DNA of 62,595 nt, counting the filler, from Sphacelaria rigidula (Eukaryota), in the NCBI GenBank assembly GCA_964200075.2. It is 9 parts of 9 records of this genome, joined end to end, with 100 filler letters (N's around TTAATTAATTAA, not from the genome) between each part and the next. Parts side by side here need not be neighbours in the genome. Positions count along the whole stretch, not along the records: positions 1 to 6,867 come from CAXNAA020017679.1; positions 6,968 to 13,834 come from CAXNAA020017680.1; 7 more parts are not named here. One strand, written 5' to 3'. The position numbers were made by a program, and so were the translations under genes. Position 1 is the first letter of the stretch; the number at the start of each line of letters is the position of its first letter. Below the pieces are notes generated by a model, which ran no database searches, was not told the origin of the DNA, and saw only the letters and a program-made list of their open reading frames with translations. Below, one piece after another: positions 1 through 11,948 of this stretch.

Positions 1-257
1 GGCTAGCCAGTATGCGACAAAACCCCGAGGGAAGTACCGTCCGCAAGTGCCTTTGATCGATACCGGGGGGGGGCGGGGGGGGGCGTACTCATTTGTTGCT
101 TGCCTTACGTCGTTTGACTATTGACCACGCCCGCCTCGAAAGGTCAACAGTCAAACAACTAAGGCAAGCAACAAATGAGTACGCCCCCCCCCCGGTATCG
201 ATCAAAGGCACTTGCGGACGGTACTTCCCTCGGGGTTTTGTCGCTTACTGGCTAGCC
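1..257. repeat. Near-perfect long palindrome at contig start
   Basis: 1-~127 is the reverse complement of ~142-257 (GGCTAGCCAGTATGCGACAAAACC... / ...GGTTTTGTCGCTTACTGGCTAGCC). The inner arms are two LINE-A 3' ends whose tails point outward. Confidence 0.9.
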
Positions 258-259
258 TC

Positions 260-3200
260 CTCAAACCTCAATTCATTGATCAACCTCATTTTATAGAATC
301 CCCTGTTAATGGGTGTTTTGGTATGTTTTCGTCGACGCTGGAGGGTGTTCCGTCGCCCGTTTCTGTAGGAAGAATTATCAGATATCAATAAAGCTTTTCT
401 TCGCACGCTGTTCCTGGGACGACATGTACCGGCACAATGCGAACACGGCGGAAATTCTCCACTTCAAACTACGACCTCTGCCGTAGCGCAACGCACGCAA
501 CGGTCACCGGTTCTCATGTATCATGGCTGTCGATCTCATTGAGCGAGGCGGCGAAATCCACCGAGCCACTTGCACCATCATCAGTATTGACAACCACGCG
601 GTATAGTTACTGGTTTGCCAGGTTTTCGAACACACCTCTGCCTTTCTCGTTTCTGATCTTTCCTGCCGGGAAGAAGCTTTCTCGGCTGGCTGGGGTTTTC
701 TGCGGCCCTGCTTCTGGACTCTCTGCACGTTGTTGAGCGCTTCGCCCTTTCGCTTCTGTGGTGACGTTGATTGCAAATGGATTACACGGTGGGTGCACAC
801 CCGCGGTAGGTACGCTAGATGCGTTGAGACAATGGACGCGCGCTTAAACCTTCATGACCCGGGGAACTTACGCTGGAGCTACCAATGAACTGAAAAGGGT
901 GCCGTACAAAACGCGGCACACAGTTCCATGGTGATGATCGCAGTAATCAAACTGATACGCGTTGACAAACCTCGAAGCTTTCAACCGACGGTTTCAGGTC
1001 GTTATGGACTACTGCGGCGTTGGCGGAACCCATTGGCAAATAGCCAATAGCTGCACTACGCAGCTGCAGCAGAATCTTCACGGATAGCAGTCTCGCAAAG
1101 TAAAATCTCAAAGCGTCCTGTCGTGCCTGCTAAAAAAGTGCACAGTCTACGTGTACTTAAAACGTTGTACCTGCTTGATATGCTTCCCAAGCAAGGTGTT
1201 TCACTTCTATGACTCGTTCGTCGCTTTTTTCCGAGACGGGTCACCCATGAGGTGTTTTTCATGGCACTACAATCTTCCGCGCATCGCGGATAGTTCGAGG
1301 GAAAGTACGGTATTAGGATGGCAAATGTCTGATATCACACGTTTTGCTCATATAGCGTTCAAGACTGAAATGATGCGGTTGCTGAGTGGCCCACACCACC
1401 GTTTCGTACCCTAAATGTCTAACTGAGGTACAAAAGCCAGTACCGGACCAGGTTCGTTCTTAGAGGGGATAGTTGAACAAGTTGACACTTCAGTCGCACA
1501 TAAACTCACTACGTAAGCAACTATAATATTAATATCGGAATATTAAATTCGAGCATAGACGAGGGTAAAAACCGCGGTGAATTCTTTATTTTGCAGAGAG
1601 ACAGAGTACCTAACCGCATTCGTACCTTCACCTCTACCTTGCCCCCCCGCGACTTGTCTTGCAAAGAGAAACCGCTCTTGGCAATCTTGGTCTCTTCACG
1701 TGCTGACATTTTAACCCTCTTCACAGTTTTGACTGGCTTGAATGTTTTCTCCTGCGGTGACGTTGGTTGCACATTGACGAACCGATGGTTGTGCAAGTTA
1801 GCAGGCATGACACACGTGAGACGTAGATGGAAAGTCGAAGGTTTTTGATTTTAACAGCTGGGGGCACCACGGCAAAATATATTTCTAAAAGGCGTAAAAT
1901 CACATATATCAGTCTTTTTACCTGGTTTACTTGGGCTCAGGCAAAGAGGGGTGACAAATGAGCCTGGCACGGGGAAAGGAAAGTGACAGGAAATCCTGAA
2001 GAACTAGGTCATCTTAAGTGACTTCTGAATTAAGGGCTACGTGAATCCAAAAGCAAGAATATATACTGTGATGCAGCAATGGGGGGGGGCATTGGGGAAA
2101 TGGCCACCGGCGTTGATTGTGTAATGCGTGAGAGGACCGCGTGCTTAGAGGACCGCGCCGTTGCTCGAAATACCCCAGGGTCAACGTTTTTCAAAACCAA
2201 TCGGGCCAGTCCCTGCAGGTACCATGCCCCTGACCCTAACCCCAACACTAACCCTAACCCTAACTATAGGGATGCTCAAATTCCGATGCGGTCCTTAATG
2301 CACGCGGTCCTCTCACGCATTACAGATTGGTTAATATATTGATTGATTGGATCATTGAAGAAGCAATCTGCTGCTGAAGGAGTCGTGATCAGACGTGAGA
2401 TAGGCACAACGGGAATGCATGGAGACCCTCGCTGGAATGAGCCTCAGGGCAGCGGGAAAACAAAATCAAACAAGGGCTGAATAGAGTAGGATCAAACCTT
2501 TCAAGAAGCACACGAGAGGAGGAGACAAGCGAATAAAGGTGAGAAAAATTGAAAAACCATCCGGCTGAGGTCAGTTAATGGTTCCAACTCCACCCTGACA
2601 GGCCGCTGCTGGAACTTCAGGTCAGGAGGCAGTACAAATCGTGCCTTCAACTGGACGGGTATTTTGTTTTGGTGACAGCAGCAGCACTTGTTTGGAAATG
2701 AGTAAGGGATGCACGCAACAATGGGCCATCAGCGACCCGGCTAAGGGAAACCCCGCAATAGTATGAGCTGGAGAGTTGTGTCTAAACCTTTTGGCCAAAT
2801 ATGCGCCTGTGAATCTGACGTTTGCCCTTGACTGAGCAACGCGAGTTGGCCTTGCAGCCACTGTGCATCCTCTGCGAGTCTGTCTAGAGATGACACCGAA
2901 CCATAATGTTGTGTTTCTAACTTACATCCTCGAAGTTCGCTTGACCATGTTTGCGGTTTTGGAAGGCATCAGACTTCTTTTTCATCGTGTTGAAAAATGC
3001 CGCGATATCGCCCCACAAACCAGCCCAAAATCTGTCACGAAGGAAATATGTATATCGCACATGATAGCTTGTTTCAGACCACATACAGCGCCTCATATGG
3101 GCGGCATTGGCGAAAACGATAGCAAACGTGGGAGTTCCCAGCTGCTCGGCGTGGTCGGGCTTCTGTCGTTTTGATTCACACGTAGATGTTTCCTCCTCAA

Positions 3201-4930
3201 ACCAGCCATTTTCCTGGGGGAGGATATCGCGTCATCAATCTGTTCTTCGAAAAATAGGGAAGATAACACAATAGTGTCTCGATGGCATATATCCCCTTCA
3301 GATAGCGTGGGTCGGACACACTGCATAACCTAATGACGTGAGCATGACTTCCGGACGCACTAAAATGAGCAGTAATATAATTGAAGTAAGGCAAGCTAGA
3401 GCGCGAACGGAATGAGACACCTTCTACGATAGCCCCCCCAAAAAACCCCATCTCAGGCCGTCGTCAAAGCACAAAAAATGAGACACAAGCAGCAACAGGG
3501 CCACGAACTGCGTTCGAGCAGAGGCGACGGTAAATCCACAATAGAAACGAAAATCATTGCAATGGCATGCACTCATTGTTCGCGAGTCACCGTACAAATA
3601 ACTGTCAACACCTTCTCACTACCCATACCTCTGTGTTGCCCTCCGCTGCTGATTCCTGCACCGTAGATACCTTCTCAATGGCCTTGGGCTTTGCACACGA
3701 ATGCCTCTTCACCCTCTTCACGTTTTGGAGCCTCGCCCTCTCCTCCTTCAGTGCCGTTGGTCGCACACGAAAGAAACGGAGGTTGGACCCCCGGCACATG
3801 CGACGCAACAAGAACAGCGCAAGCAAAATCACGAACGGAAAAGCAGCAGTATAAAAGACGTTCGTTTTCAACTGAATTTATGTCACACTTACGTTAGCAA
3901 GTGTACGTGCACATTTGAGCTACTGCCGGAACGGTCGAAAACATCTAAATCAAGATAAACCGTTCACGAACGAAACGTGAAGTGAGACAATCAAGGCTAT
4001 TTCAGTTCCACACTGATTATGCTGCAGTCAGACGAGTACAGCGGCCCAACTTCCACGCTTTCCAGCTTAAACTGTCAACATCTTACGAAGAACGACATTT
4101 TCTCGATTCTGCGAGTTTGAAAAATCCAAAATGCAGCTGGGTTCTCGTTGGGACTGGTTCTAAACTCGATTCCAAGAAAGAAAAGCATCCCAACTAACAC
4201 GAACATGCGACGTAGTACACATGTCGGACGACGCATCACCAATCTCACAGGGTGGCTCCTTGCAAATATGGGGTGCGGTGCGATTCACGTGCCAAAGAGT
4301 CATTATACACGAAACACTGACAGGAAAAATACACGTTCGAGGTAGTACCGCATGAATGGCCAACGGAGTTCCGTCCGTTCTATACATTGCCGCACCAAAA
4401 GAAGAACAAAAAGCATGCATCTTCGCTTTTACGCTGCATGAATCACCGGTGAGGACATATCAATCTCATCCATCTCACGGTCATCCCTGGTTCAACTCCT
4501 GCCCTTCCTCGTGACGAGTCTGTCCTCGCAGGGAATCACCCCGTCAATGAAAAGCAGTCAGCCAAATCACAAGGGGAAGTGCCCCCCGGAAATCAAGCAG
4601 CATGATCAAGCAAACTTCGACGGGATGTGATACACAAAATCAGATCGAGCGATTCGCGATAACGTTGGTTGTAATCAATACCAGAGAAAAAGGATGAAGT
4701 GCCTCGTACCTTCGTCTCAAGCAAAAACTCGGCAACTCAACCCAGCAATGAACATCGTTTGGCGGGACGTGAATCACACACGTCAACTGGGCAAATTGAG
4801 ACGTCAAGTGTACCTACGACACCTTCGACTCGATCGCCAGGGTAACAGTGCCTCGCACCGCCAGTCCAAAGTGAGATAACAAAATCCGAATCAATCAATG
4901 TCAACCAATCAGATCAGGAAGCGGTGGTCC
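260..4930 (-). mobile_element. Possible heavily decayed retroelement-derived sequence
   Basis: Intronless, coding-like composition with many stops and no convincing spliced exons. Only faint motif resemblance; no domain firmly identified. Confidence 0.2.
2120..2324. mobile_element. MITE with TGT...ACA TIRs, 5-bp TSD and internal telomere-like CCCTAA repeats
   Basis: TIR TGTAATGCGTGAGAGGACCGCGTGC / GCACGCGGTCCTCTCACGCATTACA; GATTG at 2115-2119 and 2325-2329; CCCTGACCCTAACCCCAACACTAACCCTAACCCTAAC at ~2228-2264. Confidence 0.85.
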
Positions 4931-5249
4931 AACAACAACGTGCGCCCGTTATGGAGGCGATAAAATAAAGTAAAGCAAGGCTGCGGTCGGGGACATCCAT
5001 CTCTGGTCTTGATATTTGAAAACAAAACGCCGCGCCGTCATTTATCCGAATAGATTCAGCCAGCACTATTCATATACACGCATGTGTACATCCACAAATA
5101 TCCAACTATCACATATGATGAGACAGCAATAGATGGAAGCAAAGATCAAGAGTCGGACGGACCACAAGCGGCCTCAATCACGATCAGAAGACGCAAGCAG
5201 TGAGGGGGGTACGGGGGGTACGGGGGGTACGGGGGGTACGGGGGGTACG

Positions 5250-6780
5250 GGGGGGGGGGGGGGGGGGGTACTCATGAACTTGAACGCCGTAATTNNNNNN
5301 NNNNGGGCGCGGGGGGGCGGCGGGGGGGGGGGGGGAGCGGGGGGGGGGGGGGGGGGGGGGGGTATACTCATGAACTTGCATGCCGTATTCATATGACCGT
5401 TGACCTCGCATCCCTACGAAGCCGGGACCTGGGACGGAGGACGCCGGGTTTTTGATGGACCAGGCTCGCAATCAATCACCAAGCGCGAAGCGCCTTGATG
5501 TGTTCGGCGAGTCGCATGAAGGGTGGGCTACATTCTACAAAGATTGCGGGGCCCGAAGCGTACTGGTTCTCTTGTATTTGGATGTCAGCCTACAATGAAT
5601 GGTTGATTTGATTGCTTGATTGATGGTCGCATTTTAACTGACCCCAAGGGATCCAGTCGTGGTCACATGATAGACGTCCCTCAGAAGAAAAAGAACTGAA
5701 ACACTCGCGAAAGAAAAAGACGGAACAGAGAAAGTCGAACAGAACGACAGAGTAGACTAAGACCTTAAATGAGTTGCTTCATTTTCTGGTATCAGGGGGG
5801 TGCGGGGGGTCGCGCGTGTTTAATGAGGCAAGAGGACGCTCTCACAGTTGTACAGTTACACGTACGACCACCGCATGTTCATGTATTCACACCTTGTCTG
5901 GGAGTACCTCCCAACCGGAGGCCCGTCAATAAAAGAAAAGCCAGTTGGGGAAAGCACGTTCTCGACTGCCCTGGGGTCCACATGTCCGTTCCCTCCAACA
6001 GCATCGACGACGATGTTATCCCAGACCCCACAACTTGCTGATTGTGTGGTCTTTAACAAAAGACTCTCTCTCCCGACAACTCTCAGCCCGTGTGCGCGCC
6101 ACACTACACCTGTATATGACCTTGCGACTTCAAAAAAGCAGACCATGGCACGATACACTATACCACATACAAATATAATAGTAGCTCAAGCATTGCTGTC
6201 TACGGTTATCGCTTCACGCCATCGCTTCATCGCTCCTATCGATGCGATCGCCCGCAAGTTCTCCTTCTCGAATGCCTTCACAGAAATCCTCGTGCACTCT
6301 GAAGCTATTGAGCGGTGTTCCAGACTCCATCGATGCACGGAAACGTCCCCTCCACCACATGGTGCTTCGGCGGGTTGCTTGCTCTAACGTCTGAAGGTCG
6401 TTTTAAACGATGTCAAAGGTGTCCCTTTTCCCGAAATTTTCCGATCCCGACCATTATTCCATGACAATGTTCCGGGAAAGACAAGTGGAAAGTTGCAAGA
6501 GCTGTTCTCCATGGCGTTGTTCGTTTCAACTGAGTATTTCTACAGCACGGGTGCACTTTGCGGTCCAATCGTTTTCTGAGGCTGCACATTGGGGCACAGA
6601 TGTTTGTGATCGAGAGGCTCCTCACGTTCAGAGCCCGAGAAAAAAAGTGTGCACCCCTACTGTAGAATCACTTCACTTTGATGGGGTCGACAGAACATCT
6701 ACATGCCGTACTGCTGTATGATGGGTCCGCGTTCAGGATGAGACGTCGGAATATCGACGTTCGGGCTGGAAACAGTCGCC
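5250..6780 (-). mobile_element. Non-LTR retrotransposon family 'LINE-B', decayed 3' part (possibly CRE/R2-like, RLE type)
   Basis: 3' end reads ...GCATGCAAGTTCATGAGTA-poly(C) on the minus strand. Further copies at ~37455-37550, 37630-37740, 38885-38930, 41215-41310, 41540-41699, 41800-41873, 53730-53780 and 62480-62595. Upstream broken frames (EEPL..LCP, ESGTPLNSFR) weakly resemble a Zn-finger/RLE region. Confidence 0.6.
5605..5765 (-). repeat. Dispersed repeat 'C' (retroposon 3' end with (CAAT)n tail), inserted in LINE-B
   Basis: Homologous copies at ~33315-33535 (+), 40035-40275 (+) and 59500-59665 (-). Tail-only pieces AAAGTGCGACAAT(CAAT)n at ~35949, 39664 and 61624. Confidence 0.75.
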
Positions 6781-6867
6781 GGAATCGGGGGGGGGGGGGG
6801 GGAATCTGAAAAAAACACCCACCAAGGCAGGGGGCCCCTAAAATCAACCAAGTAGCCCCCAAATTTC

Positions 6868-6967
6868 NNNNNNNNNNNNNNNNNNNNNNNNNNNNNNNNN
6901 NNNNNNNNNNNTTAATTAATTAANNNNNNNNNNNNNNNNNNNNNNNNNNNNNNNNNNNNNNNNNNNN
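6868..6967. other. Artificial contig linker N44-TTAATTAATTAA-N44 (first of 8)
   Basis: The same 100-bp linker, with stops in all six frames, recurs at 13835-13934, 20802-20901, 27768-27867, 34734-34833, 41700-41799, 48666-48765 and 55631-55730. Contig lengths between linkers fall from 6867 to 6865 bp. Confidence 0.97.
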
Positions 6968-7029
6968 CTTCCGTGCAAGAGAGATATGCCACTTCAACCC
7001 CATATTTTGTATGAACCCCAAAATATAAA

Positions 7030-8062
7030 ATCGGCTGTTAATAGCTATCAGTAGGTAAAAAAATGGAACCATATTTCGATATTTGGTGCGGGTACGAAGA
7101 TTTTAATCCTCCGGGTTTCTGATCCCCAATAAATGATCCATCCCCAATTTGTAAGATCCCGTGTTGTTTGCTGATGTCACCATTGAAAGAGTTTCCAAAA
7201 CTGCTCTCATTGTCCGCGACCACCGTCACACCAACACAATGAACGCGGCGAAGGACAGAGAGACAACGACGAACACACACGGAATATAAAATATGCCTTC
7301 ACTACAAACATTCGATCCGAACACAACAATTAATTGATCCAAACACACAAGAGTACGTGATGATTCAGTTGCCTGCAAGGCACGTGAAGCGTGTGCGATA
7401 AATTCAACGGCGGTCTCCGTACTACAGTACTGCTGTTGCTTTTGCGGCTAGGTAGTGGTGGTTCGTCAGTGTATGTGTGCGTGTGAGCTGTGTTGTGGGT
7501 GTGCGCGCTGCGGCATGCCCTACCTCGAGGGCGTGTTCTTCGGTAGTAGTACAGCAGCAGCAGCAGCTGGACAATATTAATTTTGCAACAAGAGAACGTA
7601 TTCAGGTTCTAAAAAACACCGCGGAACTGCTGTATTGTCTTGTGTTCATTGTCGTACTCTGTACTCCATATACCACTGCAGAATTGTGTTGTGTTCAGTG
7701 TAGTAACCTGTACTCCATATAATGAGGTCACGTTTTGAGCAGTTCTTGGAAGGTTCTGCTTGTTTTTTTAAAAGTTCTCGAAAAGTTCTGCTTGTTTTTC
7801 TGTCACAGAAATCCAATGCCGAATCTGGAGTAAAGAAATGGAACCATATTTCGAAGATTTAGTGTGGATACGAAGATTTTAATCCTCCGGGTTCTCATCC
7901 TCAATGAAAAGCACCATCCTCAACATAGATGATCGGCTGTTAATAGCCTGAGACAACCAATTTGAAAATTGGAATCCTTGATATTGTACTGCGTTGTACT
8001 GCCAAAGTTCTAAAAGAAGCGAAGTTTTCTGTCACAGATTTTCCGTCACAAGAAATCAATGT
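7030..8062. repeat. Direct-repeat array resembling a DNA-transposon subterminal region
   Basis: AAATGGAACCATATTTCGA...TACGAAGATTTTAATCCTCCGGGTT at ~7060-7120 and ~7836-7895; TCGGCTGTTAATAGC at 7031 and 7933; TTTTCTGTCACAGA at ~7796 and ~8025. Confidence 0.5.
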
Positions 8063-8114
8063 GACATGAGAAAAGGCCCAAGACGACACCATTTGTCATG
8101 CTGAAAATCGGACT

Positions 8115-8339
8115 GGATGACTCCATCCCTCCCGACCTCCCTAAAACGATTCCCGGGGTTTCTAGCCTTCCGTTCGTCCAAAAGGTATGTGCGAAAACAC
8201 CATTTTCAGGCCCCAAAATGTCATTTTTCAACCCGAAACCGAGGCAACAGTGTGCTTTCGCACATACCCTTTGGGGGAACGGAAGACTAGAAATCCCCCG
8301 AAATAGTTTCAGGGAGGCCGGGAGGGATGGGGTCGTCCG
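8115..8339. repeat. Inverted repeat / hairpin with ~85-bp arms
   Basis: GGATGACTCCATCCCTCCCGACCTCCCT...AAAAGGTATGTGCGAAA pairs with TTTCGCACATACCCTTT...AGGGAGGCCGGGAGGGATGGGGTCGTCC. Confidence 0.8.
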
Positions 8340-9696
8340 TATGAAAGTCATGTCATGAATTCAGGTCAGGGAAAGCACGGCTCTTCAGTTGAACCTCATT
8401 CTTGTTTTCAACCCCATTTTCGAGAATCCAGTTTATATATGGGCGCATCAGCCAGGATCACACAGGAGGAAGAGCAACACAGGATTTTCTTCTCTTCTTT
8501 TTGTTTTACAGTAGAACTCCACCTTCCTTCTGCGTTGCTCTTATGTGACGAAGTGAGAACGAAAATCAAGCTTGTGCGACGAAGTAGGAGACCATGTTTG
8601 AAAGGGATCAGCCGATGTTTTTTTCCTTTATACTTGATTCCAAGTTCCGTTCTCCCTGTCATCAGTCATATATGGGTGTAAGGGAGTGTGCAAAGGCTAG
8701 AGGAGAAGCGGAGGGGAAGCGCGACTTCACCAGCGAAAAACAAATAGATCGCGCCCATGCTTGATAACACGTTTGTGAGATAGGAAACGGATTTCTCTGT
8801 CAGAACAAAGGGGTTTTCGTGATTGACACCGAGGCGGTTGAATCGTCCGGGACGCCCAATCTCACGGACGCGTTGTTACTTGTGTCTGTACTCAAAAACA
8901 GCAATTGACACTCACGCCCTGTAAGCTCTGCCTCCAAAGAGGAGAAATTGACGAAGTTAATAAATAGTGAAGCATGGCAAAATGTGCCCATCCAAGTGAG
9001 CTTGAACACTGAAACGAACGAGAGGGTGCCGATAAAAACACACCGCGAAAAAAGAAACAGTGAACGCGTCGGAGGCGTTTCGAGCTGGCGCGGGTCAGTC
9101 ATGTGCGCGCGTGGGGGAGAGGGGGGTATAGGAAGCAGTTGCACCTTCCCTCCTTCAATCGCGCATCACTTCCGCTACAACAGATACAACGAGCGCTATT
9201 CATGCAGCACACGAATCTTATTGGGGGGAAAATTGGATATTCGCGAATATTTTTGAAATCGTCCCAGTAAATCATGAAATCACAAGCTTTTTCATAGCCT
9301 ACAGTACCAAGACGAACCGCGAAGCTGTCGGTCAAGTCTCCTACCGCCCGCCTTCTCCACTCAACACAACACATCACCTTACAACAGCAAGAAACAGCAG
9401 CAAACGCTCAAAAGCCCAGCAGCACTGAGCTACGGCATGTCTCCCCGTCATCATTTTAATTTCATGCTCCCGTACAAAGTACGAAACACGCACGTATTCA
9501 CGCCTGAAACATGACGTATGTATTGCAGTGATGGGAGGACCCCTGTCGAAACGCACGTTAGTACACACACGCCTCCCCCCGAAAGCACAAACAAACCGCG
9601 CTCAACCCTTTTGGGACCGAACCTTCACTAACCAGGGGAGAGGGCGCGGTCTGCATGCAGGGTTCACATCGTGAATTGGTATCATCTTCAATCGTG

Positions 9697-9862
9697 TCTT
9701 CAAGTAAATATGATGCCCATGCACAAAGAGCCCTCAGCCCCCTTCTTCAGTGGTGTCTTCAAGTGAACATGATGCCCATTCACAACGAGCCCTCAGCCCC
9801 CCATCTTCAGTGGTTTCTTCAAGTGAGCATGATGCCTACTCACAACGAGCCCTCAGCCCCCC
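9697..9862. repeat. 60-bp tandem repeat, about 3 copies
   Basis: Unit TCTTCAAGTGAACATGATGCCCATTCACAACGAGCCCTCAGCCCCC... starts at 9697, 9757 and 9817. Confidence 0.9.
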
Positions 9863-10800
9863 GTGCAGTCCACTCCAGACTCAAAAGGGAAACATTCGCC
9901 ACCATGCATCCGGGCCCATCTCTCCTCCGAACCCAACTCCTTCCAAGCAGAGATTTCACGACATACCTTCGCCGATCTAGTATAATAATAACGCTCCATG
10001 ATCCCGGTGCTCCATACCACGACAAAATCGTAGGATACACAAAATACCGTACACCTCAACCACTACCGAGGAGGCACAGCTACAGAGCCCCCTCCTCCCT
10101 CCCCCGCTCCGTCTAGAAAGGGATGCATGGTCAATGGTCAAACGACAAAGGCAAGCAACAAATGAGTACGCCCCCCTCCCCTCCCCCAAACCTACACTCT
10201 TTGAAAGAAGAGACGAAAAAACGTGTCTGTACAACGTCAACATGCACACACCGGGGTGTCCTACGTCACGACCACAATGTCATGAGAACAGCAGGAAGAC
10301 TGTAGTTGGGAACCGGTGTAGCCTCTCTCTCCCACATCAATTTTCGTCGAACAGCGACCCCGCGTTTTGTCTCCGTCTAGCGCTCATATCATTTCTTCGC
10401 GGATTGCTGCTCTTTTGCTCCTGTCCCCAGCAGACGACGACACAGACAAACGCGGTACGTGAGCGTTTTTCAAAATCCCAATCGGATTTACTGAGATAGC
10501 CAGCCTGAAAGTCTGCACATCGTGCATACAGAGGTACAGTATGTAGTGGAGCAGAACGGATCGTCCGTCAGCAACCCCTACAGGAACATGCCGGAGTTAC
10601 ACGGTTTCATGTGTTCCGTAACAATTTAATTGCCCCGCGGCATGAGAAGGTGAGAGATAAACCCAAGCTTTTCATGGTGAGGCAGACAAGCTGTCACGGG
10701 TAATCATAAACTTGGGTCACACTACAAGCCATGATGGTATCTCCAAACACGTGGAAACGTATCAACATGAGGAGAAGGATCGTGCACGTGTACTAGACTA

Positions 10801-10915
10801 CCGGTTCATCCTTAGACCACGAGGTTAGTCTTCTATTGAATCGGGATCAATTTCAAGTGAAAAAAAAGTATGCATGATCCAGAAAGACTAACCTCGCGGT
10901 CTAAGGATTAAACCG
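10801..10915. repeat. Short hairpin with ~30-bp arms
   Basis: CGGTTCATCCTTAGACCACGAGGTTAGTCTT / AAGACTAACCTCGCGGTCTAAGGATTAAACCG. Confidence 0.8.
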
Positions 10916-11254
10916 AATTTATACTACAACCCTCTACAGCTTTTAAAATAGCAGCATGGACAGAATCTTCGGCCCACTTTATCCGAATAAAAAAATTGGC
11001 AACGAAGCTTCTCGACATATTTCCCAGCAAACTTCAGCCGCCTATGAAAGCAACTTGTGGGGGAAAACTCTGGGTAATGGCATCACACCCACGAGTGCTG
11101 TATCGACGAAACTCAAAACGTTTTAAAGAACACGTAAATAGTAACCGATAGACTGTTGCTCCGTAGCAGCGTACAGACATTGCAGGACAAGGGGTAGGTA
11201 TGCACGACCCCCGCTCCCCCTACCATAAACAGAGTGTGAACTATACAGGGAGGA

Positions 11255-11565
11255 CCGGGACATGTTGGAGGGGGAAATGTGGAAAGCAAACGAAGGCGAC
11301 ATGAAATCGTTCGATACATTAGACAGTAGCGAGAGAATGATCGCTATACTACTAGGAGATAGATGGCCACAGACAGCGAAACAGAAAGGGTAAACGGTAT
11401 GTAAAAGATTTTTGCGTAATGTATCAAGAGAAACGTAGTGAGCGCAAAAATGTTGGAGGTATCTCTAATAGGAGTAGGAACGGTGCTCCGTCTCGCAAGG
11501 GATGCGTGGTCGATCGTTACACGACGAAGTCAAGTAACAAATCAATACTGAGCACCCCCCCCCTC
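11255..11565 (+). mobile_element. 5'-truncated LINE-A copy
   Basis: Matches the 3' region of 57003-57300 and ends ...TGAGCACCCCCCCC. Other copies at ~10105-10190, 12475-12542 (-), 18514-18584, 27697-27767, 31897-32017 and 38718-38875. Confidence 0.8.
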
Positions 11566-11653
11566 CCAAAAAAAGACTTCATGGTCGTGTATGAAACAAT
11601 TCAAAATCTCGGAGGGAAAAAGTTCTACCATACATGTCACGTCACACACGCAC

Positions 11654-11948
11654 CTCTTCCCCGAACAAAGTGTTATACCGCGCCCTCGACTGCGCCACAC
11701 GAGAGCCCCCCACGCTTCCGCTTCCAGCATCCCCAGCCGCCGTGAACAGTCCATATCGGTCCCCCCCGCCCCCACTTGCGGCCGTACCCGCACCACCAGT
11801 GCGTCCTTGGGACTGAGGCCCTGATGACCCCAAAAAGTCGGATAGTCCGCCATCGTCGGTTTGCCTGCCTACCGGGGGCGAGCGGCTGGTCCTCGACTGA
11901 TCTCCGCCAGCGGACGAGCTCCCACTTCCTCCGAAAAAGTGTGTCGAC
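11654..11948 (-). CDS. Uncharacterised Gly/Ser-rich protein, exon c
   Basis: TACAG acceptor, GAG|GTGCGT donor, 295 nt (phase 2 to 0): STHFFGGSGSSSAGG...DRYGLFTAAG...ARYNTLFGEE. Terminal exon not located with confidence. Confidence 0.7.

Noticed and set aside
9697-9862. CRISPR-like array
   Set aside because: The whole 60-bp unit repeats with no unique spacers; eukaryotic context and no cas genes.
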